The notes beneath the pieces were generated by a model. The model was not told where the DNA came from and searched no databases. It saw nothing but the letters and a program-made list of their open reading frames with translations. Of a stretch of DNA of 64,000 nucleotides, positions 41,901 through 53,262 are shown one piece after another. The translations under genes and the position numbers were made by a program. Origin of the DNA: Nitrospirota bacterium (lineage in GTDB: Bacteria > Nitrospirota > UBA9217); NCBI GenBank assembly GCA_963751455.1, contig CAVVUN010000002.1:224001-288000 (forward strand). Reading direction: 5' to 3'. How positions within the stretch are numbered: position 1 is the first letter of the stretch; every line of letters begins with the position of its first letter.

Positions 41901-44900
41901 CGCGGTCCTTCAGATGTTCCCCGTGTGTGCGGGGATGAACCGGCTGAAATGGCGTGGAAGTTTGAGGGCAATGAATGTTCCCCGTGTGTGCGGGGATGAA
42001 CCGGTCGAGACCAGATATTCACAAGCAACAAGGGCATGTTCCCCGTGTGTGCGGGGATGAACCGATGCTGTTTATGGTGTAACCGCGTAACGACGGATGT
42101 TCCCCGTGTGTGCGGGGATGAACCGAAATCCGCGCTTGTTGATATCGAGAAGTGGCTATGTTCCCCGTGTGTGCGGGGATGAACCGCTAGAAAAAACGGC
42201 GGTGCAGGAACTGGCGATATGTTCCCCGTGTGTGCGGGGATGAACCGGTAAACTACTGTCCCGAATGTGGGAGGCCGTTATGTTCCCCGTGTGTGCGGGG
42301 ATGAACCGTTGAGAGGATAGAATACAATGGGCAGCCGGTAATGTTCCCCGTGTGTGCGGGGATGAACCGGAACGAGCAATCCAAAAAACTGCAAGTTCCC
42401 CATGTTCCCCGTGTGTGCGGGGATGAACCGACCGGGATCCACTATGACTCTGTCCGCGAGCTATGTTCCCCGTGTGTGCGGGGATGAACCGAGAATAAAA
42501 ACTATAAAAGCTCCTACAAGTAAATGTTCCCCGTGTGTGCGGGGATGAACCGGACCGACGTGGTCGAAAGCTCGCCTCCGTCGAATGTTCCCCGTGTGTG
42601 CGGGGATGAACCGACCGACGGAGCCGGGACCCGGTCCCCTGCAGGATGTTCCCCGTGTGTGCGGGGATGAACCGGTTTACGCAGCCTGCAGCACAACGAC
42701 CTTGAAATGTTCCCCGTGTGTGCGGGGATGAACCGGCTTGATGTCACATGATCGTTAAGCACCCGCTATGTTCCCCGTGTGTGCGGGGATGAACCGGAAT
42801 GGGCGCTCGGCTTGGCGAAGAAGGACCTATGTTCCCCGTGTGTGCGGGGATGAACCGGTGAAGGTTGGGGCGCATGCATTGAATGATAAATGTTCCCCGT
42901 GTGTGCGGGGATGAACCGGGCATGAAGCCGAATGACTTTATCATGCGCGGATGTTCCCCGTGTGTGCGGGGATGAACCGTTTGAGGCAGGACTGGGACGC
43001 GTTTTGTAATGATGTTCCCCGTGTGTGCGGGGATGAACCGACCGAAGCGGTCAGCATCAGCACCCAGGTGAAATGTTCCCCGTGTGTGCGGGGATGAACC
43101 GAGGGGACGCATGCCGTGGTATTCCATTTCCCGATGTTCCCCGTGTGTGCGGGGATGAACCGGCGTCGAGGTGCTCTGGCCCGAGGAAGAAGATATGTTC
43201 CCCGTGTGTGCGGGGATGAACCGCAACTTACCCGGTGGCGACCACACGCGGAGGCATGTTCCCCGTGTGTGCGGGGATGAACCGACGGCATATGGGGCGT
43301 TGTCGAGTGGACGGAAATGTTCCCCGTGTGTGCGGGGATGAACCGCGCACAAAGACGAGATGCTCGAAGGCGTCGAGATGTTCCCCGTGTGTGCGGGGAT
43401 GAACCGAAGTTTTATGCGGGCGCGCTGGTGATGAGAAGATGTTCCCCGTGTGTGCGGGGATGAACCGAAGTTTTATGCGGGCGCGCTGGTGATGAGAAGA
43501 TGTTCCCCGTGTGTGCGGGGATGAACCGGATGACAAACTCGGCATCTATACCCCGATCTTATGTTCCCCGTGTGTGCGGGGATGAACCGTCTGATTGAGA
43601 TAGTTCTCTCCGCAATTTCTTATGTTCCCCGTGTGTGCGGGGATGAACCGAATACCGATCCCGATATCCCGATCACGTACAGATGTTCCCCGTGTGTGCG
43701 GGGATGAACCGTAGAAGAACGTCCCAGGCCGATCGTACCGCACATGTTCCCCGTGTGTGCGGGGATGAACCGGCAGAGGAGCATAACAAGCGGAATAATC
43801 AAGCATGTTCCCCGTGTGTGCGGGGATGAACCGTTCCGGAAGATCGTGCTCGAGCAGCTCGATGAATGTTCCCCGTGTGTGCGGGGATGAACCGGTCCAC
43901 GATCCGGACAGCTGCGATCGCAAATCATGTTCCCCGTGTGTGCGGGGATGAACCGACTCCGAAATACCCTGATCCGTTTCTGCACGAATGTTCCCCGTGT
44001 GTGCGGGGATGAACCGTTCTATAGCCGAAGTCTTTCCCTGCAGGCACGATGTTCCCCGTGTGTGCGGGGATGAACCGCTCGGAGACCGTGATGCCGTTTT
44101 TCCCCACGGATGTTCCCCGTGTGTGCGGGGATGAACCGGTGGATCCGGCATAGAGCACCCAGGCCGCGGGATGTTCCCCGTGTGTGCGGGGATGAACCGG
44201 CCAAATATGAAGCGGACACGTGGACAGAGCGATGTTCCCCGTGTGTGCGGGGATGAACCGTCTGACTCGTTGTGCCGAGATATGTCGCGGCGATGTTCCC
44301 CGTGTGTGCGGGGATGAACCGATATTGCGAAACGAGAAGATGCTGATCGTAAAATGTTCCCCGTGTGTGCGGGGATGAACCGATACCGTTTAACCTGGTG
44401 CCTGCATTTACGATATGTTCCCCGTGTGTGCGGGGATGAACCGAGTTAATACCCATCTCACCGAGCAGCAGATTAATGTTCCCCGTGTGTGCGGGGATGA
44501 ACCGAGGGTTTTCATGCCTTTACTTCCTCGAATAGGATGTTCCCCGTGTGTGCGGGGATGAACCGAAATTTATCAGCTCCGCTGTCGCCCAATTGTCATG
44601 TTCCCCGTGTGTGCGGGGATGAACCGACGAAGGCGGAGATGCAGCGGGCATGGGTCGAATGTTCCCCGTGTGTGCGGGGATGAACCGACGCTTAACGATA
44701 TTATCCTGTATCTCGCCAGATGTTCCCCGTGTGTGCGGGGATGAACCGGATGATCCGGCTGCTCAGGCGAAGGTGGAGGCATGTTCCCCGTGTGTGCGGG
44801 GATGAACCGACTGCACGCGCTTCAGCCGGTCGTCCTCTTCTATGTTCCCCGTGTGTGCGGGGATGAACCGCCCTCCTCGATCACGAAGGAGCGGGAGATC

Positions 44901-47900
44901 AAATGTTCCCCGTGTGTGCGGGGATGAACCGCGACGATGCTCTTCTCGCGGCGAGCGAGGACGATGTTCCCCGTGTGTGCGGGGATGAACCGGCCGCGCT
45001 ACGGGCGCTGGTGAATGACGCGGCATGTTCCCCGTGTGTGCGGGGATGAACCGAGGATATCTGGCCCAAAAAAGACGACGAAGAAATGTTCCCCGTGTGT
45101 GCGGGGATGAACCGTCGAGCGTCTTTACATCCGCGCCCAGCTCGCGATGTTCCCCGTGTGTGCGGGGATGAACCGGGCAAACTATATTCGAGTATCTTGC
45201 CCTTCTTATGTTCCCCGTGTGTGCGGGGATGAACCGAGATGCCCCCGTTCTTCGCCTGGATCACCTTGATGTTCCCCGTGTGTGCGGGGATGAACCGAAA
45301 TTTTTCCCGGTCTCGAACTCCGCGCCCACATGTTCCCCGTGTGTGCGGGGATGAACCGTCTGATCCATCGCCTCACCCCTTCGCGTTAATATGTTCCCCG
45401 TGTGTGCGGGGATGAACCGCGAATATACTTTCCCGCGGTCCCGTGATAGATATGTTCCCCGTGTGTGCGGGGATGAACCGTCGGACATGGTATAAAACCT
45501 CGGGATAAAAGGATGTTCCCCGTGTGTGCGGGGATGAACCGGTTGAGAGACGGTTTTCGGCTTCGGCTCATCAATGTTCCCCGTGTGTGCGGGGATGAAC
45601 CGAAGCCTCTGCCAGTGTGCAAGACCGACAAGGGATGTTCCCCGTGTGTGCGGGGATGAACCGGCGCACCATATGGACGCATCGTCGTCGGCGTTATGTT
45701 CCCCGTGTGTGCGGGGATGAACCGCATGACTTCCTCCTTTTGGTCGGCCTGTATGGATGTTCCCCGTGTGTGCGGGGATGAACCGAAAGTCCATTATTTT
45801 ACGAACCTATGTTCTGGATGTTCCCCGTGTGTGCGGGGATGAACCGATAGACGTTGATGGGACCCTGGAATACTGCGGATGTTCCCCGTGTGTGCGGGGA
45901 TGAACCGATGGGCCGTGTCCGTCGTATAGGGCGATGGTATGTTCCCCGTGTGTGCGGGGATGAACCGACGGAGCTTTCGCTCCTGGAAAACGACAAGCCA
46001 TGTTCCCCGTGTGTGCGGGGATGAACCGTCGTCTTCGAGTTGGCTGTTGACTAAAAACTTATGTTCCCCGTGTGTGCGGGGATGAACCGCACGAGCCATA
46101 ACGCTCTGGCCTCGGCACCATATGTTCCCCGTGTGTGCGGGGATGAACCGTTTATATACAAAAATTTAATATTTTATCTTGAATGTTCCCCGTGTGTGCG
46201 GGGATGAACCGAGCGAGTAGAACGGATCGGCGGCGCAGATGAGATGTTCCCCGTGTGTGCGGGGATGAACCGCCCTGGATCTGGTGGACGCGGTCTCCGG
46301 CTGCATGTTCCCCGTGTGTGCGGGGATGAACCGGCAGGACTCGAAAAGCGGCCGTGGTATATGCAATGTTCCCCGTGTGTGCGGGGATGAACCGGTTATG
46401 GTCCCGGCAAAGGCAATGCCCATCTTATGTTCCCCGTGTGTGCGGGGATGAACCGAGTCCAGTGCGATCCGGAGCGATCCTGCTGCTATGTTCCCCGTGT
46501 GTGCGGGGATGAACCGTCTCGCGGTAGTCCCTGAAGCTCGCAGAAATCATGTTCCCCGTGTGTGCGGGGATGAACCGAACCTTAGTTACTGCGTGAGAAC
46601 CTGTAATTAATGTTCCCCGTGTGTGCGGGGATGAACCGCTCCATACTCATGGGTTTTTGGTCTGCTACAATGTTCCCCGTGTGTGCGGGGATGAACCGCG
46701 CAGACCGGCGTCACTGTAAGCACTGCGGGCATGTTCCCCGTGTGTGCGGGGATGAACCGCGAGTTACGAAGCAGTCAGAAGGATGGCGCCTATGTTCCCC
46801 GTGTGTGCGGGGATGAACCGGCACGGAAAATGGTATCCGTGCCAGGTTCGGCGATGTTCCCCGTGTGTGCGGGGATGAACCGAAGGAGGCGGCGTAATGG
46901 CCAACAATGGACCATGTTCCCCGTGTGTGCGGGGATGAACCGCCCTGCTATTACGGGCTGGTGGACGATCACTCATGTTCCCCGTGTGTGCGGGGATGAA
47001 CCGTAATCGGCGTCATGAAATTCGTTGCCCTTAAAATGTTCCCCGTGTGTGCGGGGATGAACCGATAGAAGAATACGGGGCATTATTCCCCGACAAATGT
47101 TCCCCGTGTGTGCGGGGATGAACCGGCATGTTAGATGGCATTAAAAACGATACGTTTATGTTCCCCGTGTGTGCGGGGATGAACCGATATTGTGTGTCCT
47201 CGCGCAAGCCGTAAGCATATGTTCCCCGTGTGTGCGGGGATGAACCGGAAACGGAAAAGGGAGTGGCGCTCTATGCCCCATGTTCCCCGTGTGTGCGGGG
47301 ATGAACCGCAGAAGTTCTGGACATTCTTGAAAGGGACCGATGTTCCCCGTGTGTGCGGGGATGAACCGAATGTTGCTTTGGCTACGACACGGAGTTCTGA
47401 TGTTCCCCGTGTGTGCGGGGATGAACCGAGATTCTACATTAAAACTTTTCAAAGCAACGATGTTCCCCGTGTGTGCGGGGATGAACCGGTGCCTGCGGTG
47501 GTTATGCCGTCGGCCTCGAATGTTCCCCGTGTGTGCGGGGATGAACCGGCCGACACGTTGAACTTTCCCTGCGCGATCCATGTTCCCCGTGTGTGCGGGG
47601 ATGAACCGATGCCGGTGAGCCGCCCTTCAGGATGAACGTATGTTCCCCGTGTGTGCGGGGATGAACCGAGTAGGCGCCTTCTCTCGTAGTAATGGCCCAT
47701 GTTCCCCGTGTGTGCGGGGATGAACCGGCAAATGAGGTCCTGAACGGCCTAAGAAGATGTTCCCCGTGTGTGCGGGGATGAACCGAAGAACATTACAGGC
47801 ATAGATCGTTATCGACTCATGTTCCCCGTGTGTGCGGGGATGAACCGTACGTTTGGGCGCAACGATATGAACGCCTGGGATGTTCCCCGTGTGTGCGGGG

Positions 47901-49287
47901 ATGAACCGGTTCATAAAGTTCTTTGACTCTGCAAACGTACCATGTTCCCCGTGTGTGCGGGGATGAACCGTCTCTTGTCAGTCTTGCACACTGGCAGGGG
48001 CTATGTTCCCCGTGTGTGCGGGGATGAACCGAAATCTGGTTTATCAGGTTTGCTTGTGGTCTGATGTTCCCCGTGTGTGCGGGGATGAACCGTTGGAATG
48101 CGGTCTGCCTGCGGACGAGCAGCTATGTTCCCCGTGTGTGCGGGGATGAACCGCGAAATTGCTCATAAGAACAGCGAGCGCGGCGGCATGTTCCCCGTGT
48201 GTGCGGGGATGAACCGAAAATCTGGTTTGTCTGGTTATGCTTGTGGATCTATGTTCCCCGTGTGTGCGGGGATGAACCGGCCCCGCGGTTGCGCTCACAC
48301 ATCTGTACATCATGTTCCCCGTGTGTGCGGGGATGAACCGATAACATTGTCGCCGATCACATGCGCCTCTTCATGTTCCCCGTGTGTGCGGGGATGAACC
48401 GTTAACAGTGAGGTTCTTGGCTAGACTGGCAGCATGTTCCCCGTGTGTGCGGGGATGAACCGTAGATGGCATGCTTAAACCACTTCAATGCTCTATGTTC
48501 CCCGTGTGTGCGGGGATGAACCGCAGTTGGTTCCACGTAGGTAAGCGAAAGGGCAATGTTCCCCGTGTGTGCGGGGATGAACCGTTGAGTGCGGCAGCGC
48601 GCTTGTGCAAAAAGATATGTTCCCCGTGTGTGCGGGGATGAACCGCTATAGACGTTGAGACATTCCAGGATACGACGATGTTCCCCGTGTGTGCGGGGAT
48701 GAACCGAACACCAACGCCGCCCAGGCCGGCCTCCTCAAATGTTCCCCGTGTGTGCGGGGATGAACCGGCGAACATCCGGGAACATCTCAGCGAATTTACA
48801 TGTTCCCCGTGTGTGCGGGGATGAACCGCATAGGGCAATCTGGACGTGCTTAGGCACTTATGTTCCCCGTGTGTGCGGGGATGAACCGGAACCACAAGTC
48901 TGGCACCTGAACGGCCTGATATGTTCCCCGTGTGTGCGGGGATGAACCGATAGACGAGCGCGGCTTACTCAGTGGCCGACGTCTATGTTCCCCGTGTGTG
49001 CGGGGATGAACCGAAGAACCAGCTGATCGTGCTAGCCTTTTTTATGTTCCCCGTGTGTGCGGGGATGAACCGTTGGGAACGGCGACGCGGTCGCCTTGGT
49101 CCAAATGTTCCCCGTGTGTGCGGGGATGAACCGACGCACAGGCTCAGGTACAACGCGATATCAAATGTTCCCCGAGTATGCGGGAAGAAGCCGGTAACGT
49201 CTGCAGGCTTTTTGAGGTTAAGAAGTGTTCCCCGAATGTGGGATGGACCGTGACGGCTGGTTCATGGGAACGCGGTTATGTTCCCCC
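38987..49287 (+). CRISPR. type I-E array, repeat ATGTTCCCCGTGTGTGCGGGGATGAACCG (29 nt), ~167 canonical + 2-3 degenerate terminal repeats
   Basis: ~61-nt periodicity; hand count; degenerate repeats at 49165, 49225, 49278. Confidence 0.99.
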
Positions 49288-49314
49288 GTTCGATTTAGAA
49301 ATAACTATTAGGCT

Positions 49315-49806
49315 TTAGTCGGATGTTTTCGGAGAGCCCCATGGGGCCGTGCCGAATTGTTCGACTATCTCGAGCCGCTCGATTCCGTGTTCTGAAAATT
49401 CTCTCGAATACCGCTCCAGGATGGAGCCCTCGAGCTTGAAGCGCTCTTCCATGCTCAGCCGGTTCACGTTTTCCTGGCCGCCTTCCTGCCGCTCAAGGTC
49501 TCTCTGGGTTAGCCGGTTGGATAATTCATCCCAGAAGGTGTCATTCGTAAAGTCGTCGATGAATTCCCAGGCCTGCGATGTTTCCTCGAATTTAATGCTC
49601 GGAATGAACTTTCCCATACGTCCGTTGTATTGAATAAGGTCGTCGCGGCCCATATCCCGCGCAAGAGAAAAGAATTTCTGGATAAGCTCTTCGTACTTTT
49701 CTATGTGCGGATCTTTCTGGGTCTTATGCGCGCTCAGCACCCAATGCGCTATATGAAGCAGGTCCACCAAGTCGGCATATTCTTCTTTGTTGATTTGAAT
49801 GTTCAT
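49315..49806 (-). CDS. hypothetical protein
   Basis: 163-aa acidic helical ORF (FWDELSNRLTQRD). Confidence 0.8.
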   Translation of the reverse strand: MNIQINKEEYADLVDLLHIAHWVLSAHKTQKDPHIEKYEELIQKFFSLARDMGRDDLIQYNGRMGKFIPSIKFEETSQAWEFIDDFTNDTFWDELSNRLTQRDLERQEGGQENVNRLSMEERFKLEGSILERYSREFSEHGIERLEIVEQFGTAPWGSPKTSD

Positions 49807-50019
49807 ATTTTAATTTCCCCGGTAAATGCTAACCATTAGCAATATCCATAAAATCTGAAAAGACCATTTGGACGCAGAAAAATCGGATAAACGCGGATCT
49901 TTTAAAAATCTTAGGCTTGAACGATGAAGCGCTTTTTTGGCCAATACCAATCTCATTCTTTTTGGTTTATCTGTGCAAATCTGCGTTCATCTGCGTCCAG
50001 TTGCCGTGATCCGCACTAC

Positions 50020-51087
50020 TCATTCCTCCCAATCTGCTATAAATATATCGGTCTGATGCGGTTTTTGCGGGTTCCGGTTCGATGCCCAGGCAAGTTTCTT
50101 TCCGTCAGGCGAAAACATAGGAAAGCTGTCGAACACGGTATTGAATGTTATCCGCTCAAGGCCTGTCCCGTCCATATTGATCAGATAAAGCTCGAAGTTG
50201 TGCCCGAACTTCTTGATGTCTTCATGCCAGTCGTCCCTGTTGCTGGCAAAGATGATTCGCTTGCCGTCGGGGTGCCAGGACGGAGCGAAATTCGTGGCCC
50301 CGTTCTTGAGTATCATTGTTTTATTCGCTCCGTCGGCTTCCATTACCCAGAGGTCGAGCGGGAATGCAAGAATATAGTTATTCTCCATGCACTCCCTCCA
50401 TTGAGCTTTTTCCGCTTCACTCTCCGGATACCAGGCCCTCCAGACAATCTTCTTCCCGTCAGGCGAAAACCACGGTCCCCCGTTGTATCCCGTCCGGTCC
50501 GTAAGGCGGCGGACGTTTTTTCCGTCGGCGTTCATAATGTACACATCGAAATTCCCGTTGCGCTGCGAGCCGAAAACGACCTGTCTGCCGTCGGGAGACA
50601 CAACGGGTTCGGCGTCGTATTCAGGATTGTCAGTGATCCTCTTCAAATCCGTGCCGTCAGGATTCGCAATAAAAATATCGTACGGATGGAGCGGCCAGAC
50701 ATAGCGGGCGCCGCCCGGTGTCTTTGGAGGTGCAGGGCAGTCCCCCGGGATATGGTTCGTGGAAGAAAAAATGATTTTGTTGTTATCCGGAAAGAAAAAG
50801 GAGCAAGTATTAGCGCCATGATCCGGGCTCACCATCCGTTTATCTGAGCCGTCGCTGTTCATGGTCCATATCTTGTCGCAGCCGTATCCGCCGCGATTGG
50901 ACTGAAAAATGAGTTTGGCCCCATCCCTGGAAAAATACGCCTCGCCGTTGTCGCCCTCGAAGGTAAGCTGCGTGACGTTTTTCATATGGCGGTCGGCCAA
51001 TGACCGGTCAGGTGACGCGGTTTCAGGTTTCCTGTTTATACAACTGAACAGCAGCAAGACAATCATGAGCAACGCTGTTTTTCTCAC
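50020..51087 (-). CDS. TolB-like PD40/WD40-repeat lipoprotein
   Basis: Lipobox LFSC; repeated FSPDG/WHPDG blades; GGAGG RBS. Confidence 0.9.
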   Translation of the reverse strand: MRKTALLMIVLLLFSCINRKPETASPDRSLADRHMKNVTQLTFEGDNGEAYFSRDGAKLIFQSNRGGYGCDKIWTMNSDGSDKRMVSPDHGANTCSFFFPDNNKIIFSSTNHIPGDCPAPPKTPGGARYVWPLHPYDIFIANPDGTDLKRITDNPEYDAEPVVSPDGRQVVFGSQRNGNFDVYIMNADGKNVRRLTDRTGYNGGPWFSPDGKKIVWRAWYPESEAEKAQWRECMENNYILAFPLDLWVMEADGANKTMILKNGATNFAPSWHPDGKRIIFASNRDDWHEDIKKFGHNFELYLINMDGTGLERITFNTVFDSFPMFSPDGKKLAWASNRNPQKPHQTDIFIADWEE

Positions 51088-51117
51088 GGTTGATTACCTC
51101 CGCTGGAACAATATTAA

Positions 51118-51325
51118 CCTAAAAACGACAGTTGCTCTTGTTTGGCCGCAAAGAACGCAAAGAAAATCAAGAAAAAGAATATTACCAAGTATTCGCCGTC
51201 TTGGTGATGCCGGCATTACACTCCAAATGTTTGATTTTTCTCTGCGATCATTGCCTGCGCCCAGCGGTTACGAGTGGAATCGCGAGTGCAGGGTGAGTTC
51301 TCTGCGGTTAACTGCTTTTTATAGG
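51118..51325. mobile_element. MITE-like element, same outer IR class as 164-bp family, CGCAAAG core
   Basis: CCTAAAAACGACAGTT...AACTGCTTTTTATAGG, ATTAA direct repeat on both sides. Confidence 0.7.
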
Positions 51326-51547
51326 ATTAATGATTATAGACATAAGGGCAGGGGATGTAAACCCCATTGTTGCAAATAATCGTTGGAGGGGCACAGCAGT
51401 CTGTCTCCACGACTGCGCTGATAGAGCCCTTCAACGACCATTTCTCGTGAACTTGACTATTCCAGGGATTTTCTGCAGCAGCGGGGTAAAGAATCATTCT
51501 CGGCAGCTCAAGGGTCTCCGGTAAAAAGCGCATCAATGTAAACCCTA

Positions 51548-51588
51548 TTGACAGGAAATAAATTATTGTATATATTAGATATATACAA
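51548..51588 (+). promoter_or_regulatory. brnTA promoter/operator
   Basis: TTGACA plus inverted repeat TTGTATATAT-TAG-ATATATACAA. Confidence 0.7.
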
Positions 51589-51596
51589 GGAGGCAT

Positions 51597-51920
51597 ATGG
51601 ACATTTTCCAGGGCATTGCCGGTTTCGAGTGGGACAAAGGAAATATGGAGAAAAGCCGGCAAAAACACGGAGTGAGGTCTTCGGAATGCGAAGAAGTATT
51701 TTTTAACAGTCCGTTTGTCGTGAACCTGGATGCGCCGCCTCATTCGGAGATCGAAGTCCGGTACTTTGCTCTGGGCAAAACCGACGTCAATAGACTGCTT
51801 TTCATAGCATTTACCATACGAAAGAACAAGATCAGGGTTATATCTGCCCGGGATATGAGCCGGAAAGAGAGGCGCATTTATCATGAAAAAACTGAAGAAG
51901 ATACCGAAGTTCAAGAATGA
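51597..51920 (+). CDS. brnT: BrnT-family toxin
   Basis: FEWDKGN, KHGV, RVISARDM. Confidence 0.9.
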   Translation: MDIFQGIAGFEWDKGNMEKSRQKHGVRSSECEEVFFNSPFVVNLDAPPHSEIEVRYFALGKTDVNRLLFIAFTIRKNKIRVISARDMSRKERRIYHEKTEEDTEVQE

Positions 51921-52149
51921 GCGGGAGGAGGCCCGTTTTTGGGAATCCCATGACTCCGCAGAGTATGTGGACTACGCTAAGGCAAAAAAGGTCCTGTTCC
52001 CGAATCTCAAACCGTCGACCAGAACGATCTCCATCAGGCTGCCGGAGGCTCTTATCGAACACATAAAGCTACGGGCAAACAAGCGGGACGTGCCCTATCA
52101 GTCGCTCATAAAAATGTATCTTGCGGAAAAGATAGTTGAAGAAACTTGA
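51883..52149 (+). CDS. brnA: BrnA/CopG-family antitoxin
   Basis: EEARFWESHD, ISIRLP, VPYQSLIK. Confidence 0.88.
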   Translation: MKKLKKIPKFKNEREEARFWESHDSAEYVDYAKAKKVLFPNLKPSTRTISIRLPEALIEHIKLRANKRDVPYQSLIKMYLAEKIVEET

Positions 52150-52253
52150 TGGAAAATACTGTTGTCTTTGTGCGGAGATATTCTTATGAAGGGTCAAAGG
52201 GTCCAGAAAGGAGCATAAGCTTGCCGGATGGAATGCCGGCCGGCCGGTCAAGA

Positions 52254-52940
52254 ATGAAAAAAATCGTCATTACCGAAGAGGTGAGGGAGCTGCTCACCAA
52301 GGAAAAAAGCTTTCTGAACAGAACCGACCTTGCTATTTTCACCGCTGCCTCCGGCGATGAAGTGCTCACGCTACACCGCAGGGAAAAAGCCGATTTGATC
52401 ATCATGCTTCTTGAAACGCCAGGCATGCCGGCTGAACAGTTATGCTCCACAATAAGGGAATCCAAGGAACTGAGGACCGTTTCCCTGCTCCTGATCTGCG
52501 CGGATGCGAGCGAGGCACGCGAAAGGTGCAACCGGTGCCGGGTAAACGAAGTTTTCACCCTGCCGCTCGAAACCGGTCTCCTGCTCGAAAAGGCGCAACA
52601 GTTTCTGGATATTTCCGGACGGAAGTCGTACCGGGTGCTGCTGAACGTGAAGGTTGAAGGCAGGGAAACGGGCGCATCCTTCTTCTGCAAATCCGAGAAT
52701 ATCAGTCTAACCGGCATACTGATAGAGACCGACCAACAGCTTGCACAGGGGGATCGAGTAAGTTGTTCATTTTCTCTGTCCGGAACACAGGTCGACATTT
52801 CCGGCGAAGTGACCAGGACCATAAAACCGCCGCTGGACTCTAACCTCAGACGCTACGGAATCAGATTCATCAATGTGACAGATAGGGCAAAAGAAGCAAT
52901 AGAAGCCTTTGCAGGCCACGAACCCAGATTGCCGGGATAG
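52254..52940 (+). CDS. receiver-like + PilZ domain protein
   Basis: RKSYR and NISLTG PilZ motifs; degenerate receiver N-terminus. Confidence 0.82.
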   Translation: MKKIVITEEVRELLTKEKSFLNRTDLAIFTAASGDEVLTLHRREKADLIIMLLETPGMPAEQLCSTIRESKELRTVSLLLICADASEARERCNRCRVNEVFTLPLETGLLLEKAQQFLDISGRKSYRVLLNVKVEGRETGASFFCKSENISLTGILIETDQQLAQGDRVSCSFSLSGTQVDISGEVTRTIKPPLDSNLRRYGIRFINVTDRAKEAIEAFAGHEPRLPG

Positions 52941-52946
52941 AATATT

Positions 52947-53036
52947 AATTGCGAATTGCGAATTGCGAATTTCAAATTTCAAATTTCAAATTTCAAATTG
53001 CAAACTGAAAAGTGAAAAGTGAAAAGTGAAAAAAGT
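52947..53036. repeat. 7-nt period tandem tract (AATTGCG)3(AATTTCA)4...(AAGTGAA)3
   Basis: Direct reading. Confidence 0.9.
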
Positions 53037-53262
53037 GTTCAGTATCACATTTATTGTCTTAGAAAAAGAGTAATAATTCAAAAAACAGCCTGGGACGCGG
53101 ATAAAAACAGATAAAAGCGGATATAACCAAACAAATGACGGCCAAGAAGACGGTACCACATGGGTGAGTCAAGCATTCTTTTGATGCCTCGAAAACGGTA
53201 TTAATTTTTGAAAACTGTGCCCAAATGCTCTTTCACTATAAAAAGCTTCTGTGGGTAAGCAA

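Noticed and set aside
45176-45207. Spacer sharing TCGAGTATCTTGCC with the peptidase gene (~21688-21701, minus strand)
   Set aside because: Only 14 nt with mismatched flanks; plausible by chance.
38914-49253. Many ORFs with RFIPAHTGN / VHPRTHGEH / GSSPHTRGT repeats
   Set aside because: Translations of the CRISPR repeat, not genes.
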